The notes under the pieces: generated by a model
What the model was told of the DNA's origin: nothing
The model's database searches: none
Seen by the model: only the letters and a program-made list of their open reading frames with translations
Part shown: positions 63,261 to 64,000 of the stretch, in pieces
How positions within the stretch are numbered: position 1 is the stretch's first letter
Layout of the letters: each line of letters begins with the position of its first letter
Origin: Malacoraja senta
Lineage: Eukaryota
Reading direction: 5' to 3'
DNA: 64,000 nucleotides
Assembly (NCBI GenBank): GCA_038087875.1
Contig: CM075978.1
Location: forward strand, 62,310,001 to 62,374,000
Position numbers and translations under genes: made by a program

Positions 63261-63342
63261 CAAGAGATTTACCAAAAGCATTCCCGGGTGGAGGAATTTC
63301 AGCTATGTTGACAGTCTGGAGAAACCGAGGTTGTTCCCCTTA

Positions 63343-64000
63343 ATAATAATAATAATAAATGTTATTTATGGGCACCTTTCAAATCTCAAGGACACCTTAC
63401 AGATTTTACTGTAGAAACATGTAAGCGGAATGAAATAAATAGTAAAGACATCACAAGTACACAAATTAAAAACAGAATTCAATCCGAACACAAAAATCAA
63501 AAACACAGTATGGAAGAGAGAGCAGCGGCTGCTAATACGCGCCAGCGTCCACTCCCCCTTCCGGCAGCCATCTTGGACACAAAGTAAAACAATCAATTAA
63601 CATTTACACACAAAAATCATCCCCCCACAATGATTACCACTGTGGGGGAAGGCACAATGTCCAGTCCCCAACCCCAGTTCTCCCAAAGACGGCATATTGA
63701 GGCCTCCACAGTTGCCTCTACGGAGGCCCGATGTTCCTGGCCGTTCTCGCCAGGTGCAGTTGTCCCGGCGTCGGGAGAGTCCTCGCAGCCGCTGGGACGG
63801 CTGATCTCCTATTGGAGTCCGTGGCACCTGAAGCCAACAAGGCCGCTCCGATTTGGAGCTCAGAGGCTCCCGATGTTGGAGTCGACGCCGCCGCCCGCGG
63901 CTGGCCGCTCCACAGTCCCGCAGCCCGGAGGTGTTGAGCTCGGCGGTCGCAGCTCACCGGAGCTCCAGCGCGTCGATCCAGCGCGGCGACCCAGGCAAGG
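63343..64000 (-). mobile_element. CpG-rich non-autonomous retroelement with L2-like tail (runs off window)
   Basis: Minus strand gtgccttcccccacagtgg module, then aagatggctgcc...ttgaaaggtgcccataaata(tta)n tail. Confidence 0.65.

Overview
Eukaryotic, repeat-dense vertebrate DNA. The SINE, CR1, Penelope and DIRS content suggests a cartilaginous fish, probably a skate or ray (inference). The window holds the 3' part of an unidentified + strand protein-coding gene. Six phase-compatible exons can be chained (1138-1249, 15477-15525, 17895-18038, 41285-42056/42062, 46127-46224, 54546-stop 54560), followed by a TE-free AT-rich putative 3' UTR. The introns and downstream flank are filled with mobile elements: two full-span DIRS1-type tyrosine-recombinase retrotransposons with intact terminal/ICR architecture, Penelope-like elements (PLE) plus about ten short PLE-end elements carrying a minimal hammerhead-ribozyme motif (two are head-to-head twin-hammerhead palindromes with their own TSDs), three Tc1 transposons (one only two nonsense codons from intact), two PIF/Harbinger-type MITEs, a probable non-autonomous Helitron, V-SINE/HE1-like SINEs, and CR1, L2 and Rex1/Babar fragments. 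A CpG-rich non-coding retroelement family has covarying hairpins and, in one copy, a U1-snRNA-like stretch. A decayed antisense exon-like segment sits in the first intron. Nothing here is prokaryotic, and no database search was possible. Boundaries of degenerate repeats are approximate.
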